From contig NC_134036.1 in NCBI RefSeq assembly GCF_964204645.1, positions 1,984,001 through 2,048,000 on the forward strand: a stretch of 64,000 nt of DNA. Reading direction: 5' to 3'. Of this stretch, positions 1 to 11,900 are shown in pieces. The notes under the pieces are model-generated. The model made no database searches, was not told where the DNA came from, and was given only the letters and a program-made list of their open reading frames with translations. The stretch's first letter is position 1, and every line of letters begins with the position of its first letter. Source of the DNA: Tubulanus polymorphus. Taxonomy: Eukaryota; Animalia; Nemertea. The position numbers and the translations under genes were made by a program.

Positions 1-49
1 AAACAGAGACAAAAATGATCAGAAGAGTCAAGCGAGAGGACTTAGACTC

Positions 50-112
50 ATCAGAGAGAGAGGGGGAGAGGGAGAGCCGGAGAGGGAGAGAAAGAGAGGG
101 GGGAAAGGAGAG
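50..112. repeat. GA-rich low-complexity/microsatellite tract
   Basis: Runs of (GA)n/(GGA)n; explains the low-complexity N-terminal part of ORF 15..332. Confidence 0.8.
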
Positions 113-1226
113 ATTCAATAGTTGTGCACAGTTCGAACCCATATTCGACGTGTTATTTGATGTCCTCACCAATCTTTTAGAGATTTCCACAATTTCATTG
201 AAATATTTGATAGACGGCCGGAACCTTTCCTGTATGTCACACATAAACACGGCCGTACGGGACGGTTCTAAATTTCCTAAATATTCTACCGACATGGGCG
301 CCGCCATTTTGTCCACGGAACTGGTCATGTGATCTGCGCTGTTGTGCCCGTAATGCGAATAGAAATCAAGAAGTTACCAGGAATAAAACGAATATTTATA
401 AACGCAGGGACATAATAATTTCAGAAGTCAATTAGCGTGCTGTCAATAATAGAAAATATTTGCAAAATTGTTTTCGATCTTGCAAGGTGGCAGCACGGTA
501 CAGTTGACAAATTCAATGCAAATGTACTATATTGAACACGACGGCGTGCATTTGCGGTTCGGTTCGGGTTGTTAGTGATTTAGTCTAATAAATAACACCT
601 TGTTTCTCCTAATCGTTCGGGTCGTAATCAGTTCATTTCTACAACTGTCCGCTTGATCACGAGTTTGAAATATGTTATGCAGTAGAAGCGGCCGGCCGGG
701 TCAACTTTTAAACTCAGTGGGATTGGCATTAATGCTGGCCTTCGTTAGCAACGCCTTTTAGCCTACAAACAAGATGCAATAAAGAAAATTGAAAAATATA
801 ATAAAAGTTATCTAGACTAGAATTGAATTCTCCATTAATTCATTTTAATTGTTATAATGCATATAAATTTAAGTCATAATCTCGTTAAAACCGTTACCAA
901 TCTCCAAACTATGTAATATCACTCAATTCGTGTGATGAAAGTTGAGAAATATATCGAAAATTTATTCATAGCGTTTATTGTGTTTTTGATTAATTCATTT
1001 TATTTGTAATAATCAGATGCATAAATGAATTCTTTATTTCGCGAAGCCGTTACCCCCAATATCCAGATAATATAATACGAATTCTTTAGCAGCCTAAACG
1101 GTATCTTCAGTCAAAATATATAAATCTCCAATCCGACTGATCAGTTTGTGGTTCAAACTCTTGTGGTAACAGTCGCTACAGAGATCATCTAAACGGTTTC
1201 GTCACTGGACTTAGGAAGACGAGGGG

Positions 1227-2712
1227 GTGGAACTGATACAGTTTATTACGGTTACAGCAGTTCTGTTGGTTCTCTTAGCTCAAAGTAAGTTAAAGTTTTT
1301 TTGTTAAGGACTTCAATATACATATTGTGTATATTTCAGTTCTTTACGAAAACATTTTATCGAAGCAATTGTTCGTAATTTGATTAACCCTAAGTGGTTT
1401 CGATCAGGAAAATCACATTCTCTAAATTCTGATACGTTTTAATCTAATTTTCAGGCACTGCAGGTCGTCCTGCTAATCTCACCTGTGCCGCTTGTATTTA
1501 CTATTATTGTGACAGCAAAGATAAGGCATTCTATGAAAATGTGAAAACATTTGCAAATGGCCGTAAGTTGTTTCTACTATATTTTGATTATTTATTCATT
1601 GTGTCGGTCAGCAGCGAGAAATTCAACATCTTCTTATTCCACATCGATAATGGGATTAGTTTTTATAGGAAATCCCGCACTAAGTTAGGATCGCACGTGA
1701 TAGCAAGGATCCTGTGTCAGCGAAGATCCCCTGCCCCACAGCCTTACGGGGATTAGAACCATCACGCGGGACACTGCCGCAGAACCGTGACCAGTAGTGA
1801 TACTCATAGCATGAGCTCCCTCCTACTCCCCAGCACGAGTCTAACCAATCTATTCGATTTTACTTCAGTTGGAATGCTTGATTGGAAAACCGCAGACAAA
1901 ACTGGTAGACTGCCATATTTACACGAGAAATGCATGGAAAGTATATGGGATGATACCACTCAACCGCTGAAAATCGCACCAGTTCTTCTTGGATAAAATA
2001 ATCGCTATCGACTGCCCCGAAAATCACGAATGCGTGGTAAGTGTAGAACATTACATATAGGGATTCATCTGGAAGGGGTATTTCTCGCCAGGGAGGGGTG
2101 TCCGGGGTGAGGCCCCTCTTCAGGAAAAGTGTACCCGCGTTAGAGGCCTCTCTACTGAGAAGGGTGTCCGGGGTGAGGCCCCTCTTCAGGAAAAGTGTAC
2201 CGGAGTTGGAGGCCGAGATGAGACAAATCTCCAAAAATCAAGCAGAAATCCATGGACCGGTGAAATATGTTGAAATGAGCCTCATAGATATAAGAAATAT
2301 CGATGATGAAATACGACGATACCGGAAAAGTTATCCTATCAAAATGGTGACTTTCAACCTTGTCAAATGGTTTTGGACCAAGTCTCACTGCGTGGTGCCC
2401 TTGTGGCTTATGTGGCCCGCAACAAAATCATGAGAGAAAATGCACTTACAGATTCATAACTCACATCGCTATTATAACTATGTTTTTTTGCTAATATATT
2501 TTGTTTCACAGGAATTCCAGTACAAAAAAACTCTGGTTATCAAAGGTTGTATGCCCGAGAAATATGTTAAATGTCGAAGTGATGTGGAAATTTATGGCAG
2601 GGACGTCAGGGTGGAATGCTGTGACGAAATCAACATGTGCAACAGTGCTGCCACCTATAGGATGAATATGATGATTTACTCCGCGGTTTTTCTGTTATTT
2701 CATTTTGTTTAA
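1227..2712 (+). pseudogene. Ly6/uPAR three-finger (quiver-like) GPI-anchored protein, copy 1, probable pseudogene
   Basis: Exons 1227-1284, 1455-1562, 1869-2036, 2512-2712, inferred from GT-AG sites and homology to copies 2 and 3. Start codon is GTG where paralogs have ATG. Exon 3 is 168 nt (needs 2+3n), giving a frameshift and a stop at 1994-1996. Exon 4 retains GC..C..CC..CN and a hydrophobic tail. Confidence 0.75.
2085..2205. repeat. GC-rich intron-3 minisatellite (GGGTGTCCGGGGTGAGGCCCCTCT core), Ly6 copy 1
   Basis: Repeated ~33/66-bp units; homologous array in copy 2 intron 3. Confidence 0.7.
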
Positions 2713-3804
2713 ATAATCGATTCTGTTAATTCGACTCGCACGCCTCCTACCGGAAATTGAAACATATTTTGCTTTTTTGGCTTGGTTTTAAACGAATGAT
2801 TAAATTAATGATCGGATTTATATTTTAGAAGATCGTTTTTCATATTAGAAGTAAATAATTTGTGTTCATGCTTAGAAATTTACGAATTTTGCAATCAACA
2901 TTAAGGCTAATTATTGATCGCTTTTCTTTCTGTCCCGATTCGAGTTTCATATTAGATGCTTACGTACACGGCAAACAGTGTCATTCTAGAAATATCGAAC
3001 GAATTTGTTTTTACAGTCTGTTTGTTGCAGTACAATATTTCAACTCTGTTTAGTATTAAAAAAGTAACTCAGTCCGAGTTGAGTCGTTTATTTCATATGT
3101 TTAAAATTTTGATTCGAATTCAATCAATTTGATTTTGTTTCGTAAATGTTATTTATTTTGACATGTTTGACTTTCTTTTTTGTTTAATTCAGTTTTGTAT
3201 AGGCTCAGATTTCAATAGATTTACACACATTATTGTTACGAGCGATTAAATCAATATCTCTTCCATATCATATAAAATTATATCTGATTATTTATTCATT
3301 CTTTTGTCAGGAGATTCAAATTTATCAATTTTTAATTCAAATATTTCCGATTTGAAGATTTTAGTTTTTATCTTTTTTTAACATGTAAATTCATCAATCT
3401 TGTAATCTTCACAATATTATTGATTAAATTCAGTACTTTTTCATTCAAGTTATCAATATTTAATTCAAACTTTATTGAATTTCGTTTCGTTTCGTTTTAT
3501 TTGAAATATTTAGATTCATATTCACGTGATAGGGTAAAAATAATTGCTTAATTAAATGCACGAGAATTATTTCAGTTTTTGTTTTATTTCTTTTGGTTGA
3601 TTTTGTTCTAACCTTGACCTTCCCGGATGAAACTCCTCCAACACAATTCTCCCTCAATCATCCTGGATGTATTTCTAACCCGAGTGCTGCAACTCATCAA
3701 CCCGACCCAAACCGAGGAATTAGTCCAGTAAATATAGCACGTGTAGTGATGAAATCCTGCACGATAGAAATTATAGAATTTAAAAGTAGTTTCGCTTAAT
3801 ATCA

Positions 3805-3940
3805 TGAGGATTGTGTTTGGTGCCTCCTGAGGATTGTGTTTGGTGCCTCTTGAGGATAGTGTTTTGGTGCCTCCTGAAGATTGTGTTTGGTGCCTCCTGA
3901 ATATTGTGTTTGGTACCTCATGAGGATTGTTTGTTGCCTC
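3805..3940. repeat. 23-bp minisatellite (TGAGGATTGTGTTTGGTGCCTCC), about 6 units
   Basis: Direct tandem units; the same repeat is expanded at 15797-16133. Confidence 0.9.
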
Positions 3941-4415
3941 CGATTTTCAAAGTTGCCAAACGTTGCTAAAACCATTTGTAAAAACATAACTTTTTTAATC
4001 GAAATGAGCATGGATTATCAGAATGATATATTTGTCGGTTTCGTTCTGTACATAGCTTCACTTGCAAAAATGGCGGCGTCAGTTATGAATGTAAGCAGTA
4101 ATTTCGGATATCATTATCCCGAAACAACCTCCAAGTCAAGTTGTTCATTTGTTTTTTCAATTTCTCGATCACTGAATTACAATGATTTTAAGAAAAAAAT
4201 AATTTTCGAAAAATATTTTCACCGCCTCGGCAATCATTTTAACTCCATCGAATCTGTTATCCAACTTATGAGAAAAAATGTCCGCTAATTTCAGTATTTC
4301 TATCTGTTTAAAAAACAACTCTTTTGTCAATCTCCTATTATTCATTATTATATAAATTCTATTTGTATTTATAATTGATGATGAAATAAATTACATTACA
4401 TTACATTTAAATACT

Positions 4416-4990
4416 TTATACATAAGTAACTGTAGCAGCTCGTGCCATTTTGATGACAAAGTTTGCCAGTAGATTTGCCAGTAGAGTACATTTAAAACAT
4501 TTACTTGTATTTTGAACCATGTATACAACCCGACACCAATAGTGCTGCCTTAAACGTTCTAGCTTTTGTAAAGATATTATTTTAGGAGCACTATTGTAAA
4601 TGATATCACAATATTCATAATGAGGATATATAAATGATTTATAGATAGTATCTAGATGTGATGATTTAAGTTTATAAGACGGTGATTTAATAAGGTTTAG
4701 GCATCTTAAAACTTTTTCATACACATAGCTAACATGGTCTTCGAATGAAAGTTTTTAATCCAATAATAAATCCAAGGCGCTTATGTTTATTTACTATTGG
4801 TATCGGGTTGTCACGCAGATACAATTGATCGTATAATATATTACTTCTTTTTTGAAAAAGTTAGGTCATAGCTTTTACAAACTTTAAAATCAAGTTTCAA
4901 GCGAGACACCCATTCAAGATCATTCAAAAGTATTCGGTTACCAACATTTGGATTTTCAAGATCGATTGAGGAATATAGTGATATCGTTTA
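4416..4990 (-). mobile_element. Degenerate non-LTR retrotransposon (CR1/L2-group-like) ORF2 fragment
   Basis: Minus-strand ORF contains LDTIYKSFIYPHYEYCDIIY, like the post-RT 'LY.S.I.P.LEY' region of LINE ORF2. Broken by stops and frameshifts; boundaries approximate. Confidence 0.65.
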
Positions 4991-5346
4991 TATCGTGAGT
5001 TAGATTTAAAGTTAGTTCATTTTCAATGAGCTAACTCATAGTTAAATCTTAACTTGGAACTGTGGAACTGGAAGCAGTCTCTCTAGAATACAATAAATCG
5101 TGTGAGTTTAAATGTGAAATAATTATAATTGATCACATAGGACTCTTTCGAACAATTTGATAGGGTGCTGAGTAGTTATAGTTATTAGGATCAGATCAAT
5201 CCCCTTTTTTAAATTGCAGTGACAATACCTAATTTCCACGCCGATGGAAAAGTTTCCTTTGCCATTAAGTTATTAAAAAGTCCAGCAATTAAAAGGTGAT
5301 GCGTAGCGGATAGATAGTTTGAGCATCTGATTTGTAATGCCATCAG

Positions 5347-5484
5347 GGGCCAGTTGCACAGCCGTGACTTAAGTCCAAAAGTGTTCTTAAATCTTAAGAC
5401 TGGTCTTAAGTGGTTAGATTGGCTATAGAACTAAGTTAGTCTTAGACTGGTGTTAAGTCTAAGCCATGACTATGCAACCGGCCC
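5347..5484. mobile_element. PIF/Harbinger-like MITE
   Basis: TIRs GGGCCAGTTGCAC / TGCAACCGGCCC, flanked by a CAG 3-bp duplication (5344-46, 5485-87). Confidence 0.75.
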
Positions 5485-5903
5485 CAGGACCGCAAGCTTT
5501 GTTGACAGGCAAGTCTTTGATTAGTTTTAAAATGCAATCAATATTGGTTTCCTGGAGTTCTACACTGGCTCGACACCTGGCAGAAAAGTTTGATTGCTTA
5601 TGCGAATGAATTCATTTAAACCTGTTACCTGGACCGATTTTCAGAATTAATACGAATTCCTTGGAAGCTCACACGGTAACCGGACCAACTGATCATATGA
5701 ACCAAACACATATGAAATAAATGAATTCTTTATCTTGTTCAGCCATTACCCCCAAATGCTTGGATTAATTCTTCTAAAGCCCAAACGGTATCTTCGGGTT
5801 TTCTCAATCCGCCTCATCGACAGTAGTTTGTGGTTCGAAGTCGCTACAAAGATCATCCATCGGTGGCGTCAGTGGAATTGCTGAAACTTCAAAAGACGAC
5901 AGG

Positions 5904-7413
5904 ATGGAACTGATACAGTTTATTACGGTTGCAGCACTTCTGCTGGTTCTGTTAGCTCAGGGTAAGTTTGTATTCAATATATATCTCAGCCCTCGAAGCA
6001 ATTGTTCATAATTTGATTAACCCTAAGAGGTTGTGATCAGGGAAATTCACATTTCCTCAGTTCTGATACGTTGGAATTCTATTTTTCAGGCACTGCAGGT
6101 CGTCCTGATAATCTCACCTGTGCCAGTTGTGGTTACCATGATGCCAGCAATCAGGCCTACTATAATGATGTGAAAAAATTTGCAAACGAACGTAAGTTGT
6201 TACTATATTTTGATTATTTATTCATTGTGTCGGTCAGCAGCGAGAAATTCAACATCTTCTTATTTCACATCGATAATGAGATTTGTTTTTATAGGAAATC
6301 CCGGACTTAGTTAGGATCGCGCGTGATAGCAAGGATCCTGTGTCAGTGAAGATCCCCTGCCCCACATCCTTACGGGGATTAGAACCATCATGCGGGACAC
6401 TGCCGCAGAACCGTGCCGAGTAGTGATACTCATAGCATGAGCCCCCTCCTACTCCCCAGCACGAGTCTAACCAATTTTTTCAATTTTACTTCAGTTGGAA
6501 TGCTTGATTGGAAAACCGCAAACGGAACTGGTAAACAGCCATATTTCACCAAGGAATGCACGCGCACTATATGGGACGATGATGATCGAAAGTCTGACTC
6601 CATGGAACTTAACAATGATAGGTACCAGTTCTTTATGGATAACATAATCGGGATCAGCTGCCCCAAAAAACATGAATGCGTGGTAAGTGTAGAGCATTAC
6701 GGTTCCGTCTGGGAGGGTCGTGTCTCGCCAGGGAAGGGATTCCGGGGTGAGGCCCCTCTCCAGGAAAAGTGTGTCCCGGTTGGAGCCCCTCTCCTGAGAG
6801 GGGTATCCGGAGTGAGGCCCCTCTCCCGAGAGGCGTGTCGGGGTGGAGGCCTCTCTCCTGAGAGGGGTATCTAGGGTGAAGGCTTCTCTCCTGAGAGGCG
6901 TGTCCGAGATGAGACAAATCTCCAAGAATCAAGCAGAAATCCATGGACCGGTGAAATATGTCGAAATAAGCCTCATAGATATATAAAAAAATTAATGATA
7001 AAAAACGGCCATACCGAAAAATGTTATCCTATCAAAATGGTGACTTCCAACCTTGTCAAATGGTTTTGGACCAAGTCTCGCTGCGTGGTGCCCATGTGGC
7101 CCATGTGGTCCTCAACAGAAGCTCGAGAGAAAATGCACTTAAAGATTTCATAACTCACATCGCTATTATAACTATGTTTTTTTACAGATTTGGTTTGTTT
7201 TCCATTTTGTAGGAATTCATGTACAAAAAAAGTCTGGTTATCAAAGGTTGTATGCCTCAGAATCCTGGTAAATGCCAAGAAAAGTGGCTGGTCGGTGACA
7301 AGAAGGTCAAGGTGCTCTGCTGTGAAGATTTCAACATGTGTAACAGTGCTGCCACCTTTACGATGAATATGATGATTTACTCGGCGGTTTTTCTGTTATT
7401 TCATATTGTTTAA
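5904..7413 (+). CDS. Ly6/uPAR three-finger (quiver/sleepless-like) GPI-anchored protein, copy 2 (intact)
   Basis: Exons 5904-5961, 6090-6191, 6495-6682, 7213-7413 splice in frame (phases 1,1,0). Signal peptide MELIQFITVAALLLVLLAQG; 10 Cys (CxxC...C...C...C...GC...C...CC...CN); hydrophobic C-terminal GPI-type signal. Confidence 0.88.
6725..6910. repeat. GC-rich intron-3 minisatellite, Ly6 copy 2
   Basis: Repeated GGGGTGAGGCCCCTCTCCTGAGAGG-like units. Confidence 0.7.
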
Positions 7414-8957
7414 ATAATCGATTCTGTTAATTCGACTCGCACGCCCCCTACCGGAAATTGAAATGTATATTGCTTTTTAGGCTTATTGTTAGGTGAGTAA
7501 CTCAACCCGAGTTGAGTTTGCTATTTCAATTTTTGATTAATTCAGTTTTGCATAGGCTCAGATTTCAATAGATTTACACACACTATTGTTACCAGCGCTT
7601 TATTTCATATCACTTTCATTCTATGTCGAATTTATCTTGATTAGCGATTTTTTTTATCTAAATAATTCAAATTAATCGATTTTAATTCATATTTAATATT
7701 TCAAGAATTTCGTTTCATTTTTCAATGTACAAATCATAATCTTGTAATTTTCTCAATTATATTTATCAATTAATTAATATTTCTATTCAAATTTTATGTT
7801 TTTATTTGAAATTTTTACATTCATTTTTACGCGATAAAGTAAAAGTAATCGCTAAATGCATGAGAATTATTTCAGTTTTTGTTTTATTTCTTTTGGTTGA
7901 TTTTGTTCTAACCTTGACCTTCCTGGATGAAACTTCTCCAACAAAATTCTCCATCAATCATCCTGGATGTATTTCTACCCGAGTGCTGCATCTCATCAAC
8001 CCGACCCAAACCGAGGGATTAGTCCAGTAAATATAGCACGTGTAGTTATATGAAAACCTGCACGATAGCAATTATAGAACGTAGAAGTAGAACAGCATAA
8101 CTTTTTTGATCGAAATGAGCATGGACTATCAGGATGATATATTTGTCGGTTTCGTTCGGTAAATAGCGTCACTTGCAAAAATGGCGGCGTCAGTTGACTG
8201 TAAGCAGTAAATAGACTACATTCGGATATAACTATCCCGAAACAACCTCCAAGACAAGTTGTTCATTTATCTTTTGAATTCCTCGTTCACTGAATTACTA
8301 TGTTTTGAGGAAAAAAATTATTTTCGAAAAATATTTTTCCCACCTCGGCAATCATTTTGAACTCCGTCAAATCTGTTATCCAACTTATAGTAAAAGAATG
8401 TCCGTTTATTTCAGCGTTTCTATCAGTTTAAAAAAAACAACTTTTTTGTCAATCTCCAATAAACGTCTTGCTATTATTAATGAAATTCTTTATCTCGACA
8501 AACCGTTACCGTTAACTCACAACAATTGTAGCGTCATTGCTCTGAGAATTTCGATTTTTCTCCGTTAATTTGAATTATTTCGAATCGAAAGTTTTCTTTT
8601 TTTCAACGCCTACGAGACTGGAAAAAATATAAGGAAAGTAACCATAACGTTTATTGTTTTGGATACAAATAAATGAATCATTTCATGACAAACCTGTACC
8701 GATTCAGATAGAACACGAATTCTTCAGAAGCCTAAACGGTAACTGGACCGGCTGATCATACTGATTTAACAAATGTAAGCCGATACCGCCAGTGTCCTGA
8801 TAAATTCTTTAGAAGCCTAAACGGTATCTTCAGTCAAAATATATAAATCTCCAATCCGCCTGATCAGTTAGTTGTTCGAACTCTTGCAGTTACAGTCGCT
8901 ACAAAGATTACCCAACCAATCGTCAGTGGAATTGCTGAAACTTCAAAAGACAACAGG

Positions 8958-11900
8958 ATGGAACTGATACAGTTTATTACGGTTACAGCACTTCTGTTGG
9001 TTCTGTTAGCTCAGGGTAAGTTCGTATTTTATAAATAGTTCTCAAAAAGGTTTTATCAAAGCTTCTATTTATCATTTGTGTAATCAATATAAGTAATAGG
9101 GATAATAGGCTTTCAGGCCAAAGGTCGAACGGTCGAGAAATTTTCCAAATGTGAAAATAACAATAATTTCTACTTGAATTAGTCGCGTACACTCCTAATT
9201 CAAGTAGAAATCATTGTTATTTTCACATTTGGAAAATTTCTCAACCTTTCAACCTTTAACCTGAAAGCCTATTATCCCTATTACTCTTAAAATATTCATA
9301 TACATGAATAAAATATAAATGAATAACATATATAAGTAATTTGAAAAGTAGGCTACGAGAGTACGAGCTCTTATAGAATAGATATATAGATATATCTTAA
9401 ACATATTTCAATATTTATATTTGTATATATTTTCATATAAAGATGTTGGAATTCAATGTAATTTAGATGATGAAATTGTTGCGCCTAAATATAATCCTAA
9501 TGAAAGCGTTTTATGTAATTGTGGAAAATATTATACTCGAAGGAATAAATCACACCATCTTAAATCAAAATATCATAACTCAAAAATAATAATTCAACTC
9601 TAAATATTCATATTCAAAATAAGATATTTCAAATTACTTTTAATTTTTTTTCTTTAAATAAATGGATGATTTCAGCATTACAACTGGAAAAAGTGATTTG
9701 AAGCATTATTTAGTAGCAGGAGGATTAATTTTGGCTGCATTATACTTTTACTATGAGAATATTTCAAAAGATTTGATGAATGAAAATAATAAATTGAGTA
9801 AAAAATTAAAGAAGTTAAATGGAAACAATCACAGAAAGAATAACAATAAAAAAAGTTAATTTAGAAAATGATTTAGAGGATTAAAACAGCATCTTTTAAT
9901 TTCATATATTTTGACTATAAAAATGAGTGAAAATATATTAAACTTATTACATCTAATATATAAAAATCAAAAGAATATTAAATCAATTATTATGCTTACA
10001 GGTTTATTTTCTTTTTCGATTTATAGTATAAAACATTTGTTAGAATTTTATGATTGCTGTAAAATTAGATACACAGAATTGAAAGAAAATATAAATTATC
10101 TATCAGATAGAATTAATAATATTAAGTGTTGTGAAGTATGTAATAAAAGATATAAAAGTTTAAAGAGTTTAAAAACTCATAAATATATTCATGAGCTAAA
10201 TGATAAACTGTATAATTCAAATTAAGTTTTTTAATGATATTTTAATAAAAATATCTATAATAAATGGAACAGCCACAAACTGTAAATATTACGCATAGTG
10301 TTGTTAATATACATCAGAAGAAATGTTCTAAGTGTAAAATAAGTAAGCCATTTACAGAATATTATAATCATAAATATTCTAAAGGTGGTATACGAAATAT
10401 TTGTAAAACTTGTAGTAAACTAAACAAACAGAATTATAGAAATAATACTGAAACACGCAAAGATAAGATTAAGCAATATCGAGCAAATAATAGAGAATAT
10501 TATAAAGAACTGAATAAAAATTATCAAAAAGAAAGATATCAAACAGATTTCAATTTTGAATTTAAAAAATGTTTAAGAATTAGATTATTACATTTATTCA
10601 GTAAAGATAAAAACTCAGACTACTACACTAACACATTTATTGGATTGTTCAGATAAATTTTTAAAATCATGGATTATATTTCAGTTCAATGATGAAATGA
10701 ATATTAATAATTATGGAAATTATTTTCATATTGATCACGTGTTACCAATATCTAAATTTGATATGGATGATGAATACAATAAAAAACTTATTTGGAATTG
10801 GAAGAATTTAAGGCCTCTTGAAAAGAAAGAAAATATGATCAAACATAACAAACTTGATATGAAATTATATTTGGATCAATTAGATAAAGCAAAGAAATTC
10901 ATTGAATTATGGAATAGTGATCCAAATAATGAAAAATATGTTGAATCTTTATTGAGTGGTTAAAGATTAATATATCTCAAATTGAGAATAAGACTGTTAA
11001 ATTGGTTGAAATATTGAAAAAATTATATTTCATTAAAAAGGGGGGTTGAGGTATCAATGTATTAAATACGTATTAAATACGTATTAATGTATTTAATACA
11101 TATTAATGGTATTAAATACATATTATGCTTTATCTTTTAAATTTAAGTCACAGAAGTAATTTATTTTTTAATTTATTCATATATGTTATAAAATTTCTTT
11201 ACATAAACTAGAATAATACGAGATGATACTAACTTATTCAAGGTAAAGTTTTTCTAGTATTATTCTAGTCAAATGTAAAGTAATTTAGCATCAATAAGAA
11301 TTGAATAAAAAACAATACAATTGAATAAGCTAGTGTTGTTAAAGTAACTTATTGTTTTTCTAATGTTTTTTATTCAATTCTTATTGATGCTAAATTACTA
11401 TTTTAATGAAATCTTTTATGAAATTTTTAATTGTTTAAAAATTTTTTTCTAATTCATTTAAATCGATATCTTTGAAATGTAGTATCTGTTCATTCATATT
11501 TATAAATAATTTTTTTTATTAAAATTTATATTTTCATTAACTCGTTAATTACTCGTTACTTTTAAACATAAAATAAGAATTTAACGCATATAAATATAAA
11601 TATTCACTGTTTTAAATATGAATTATTTCACTCGTTAATTACTCGTTACTTTTAAACATAAAATAAGAATTTAACACATATAAATATAAATATTCACTGT
11701 TTTAAATATGAATTATTTCAATCACACTTTACTTACACTTTTAATGTTTAAAAATCTAACTCATACAAATATAAATATTGAAATATGTTTAAGATATATC
11801 TATCTATCTATTCTATAAGAGCTCGTACTCTCGTACTCTGATCTGAAAGCCTGCTTTTCTAATTACTTATTTATGTTATTCATTTATATTTTATTCATGT

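Noticed and set aside
9097-9114. Resemblance of the element terminus TAGGGATAATAGGCTTTC to the I-SceI site
   Set aside because: Only a partial match (13 of 18), with no LAGLIDADG gene or vector sequence; treated as coincidence.
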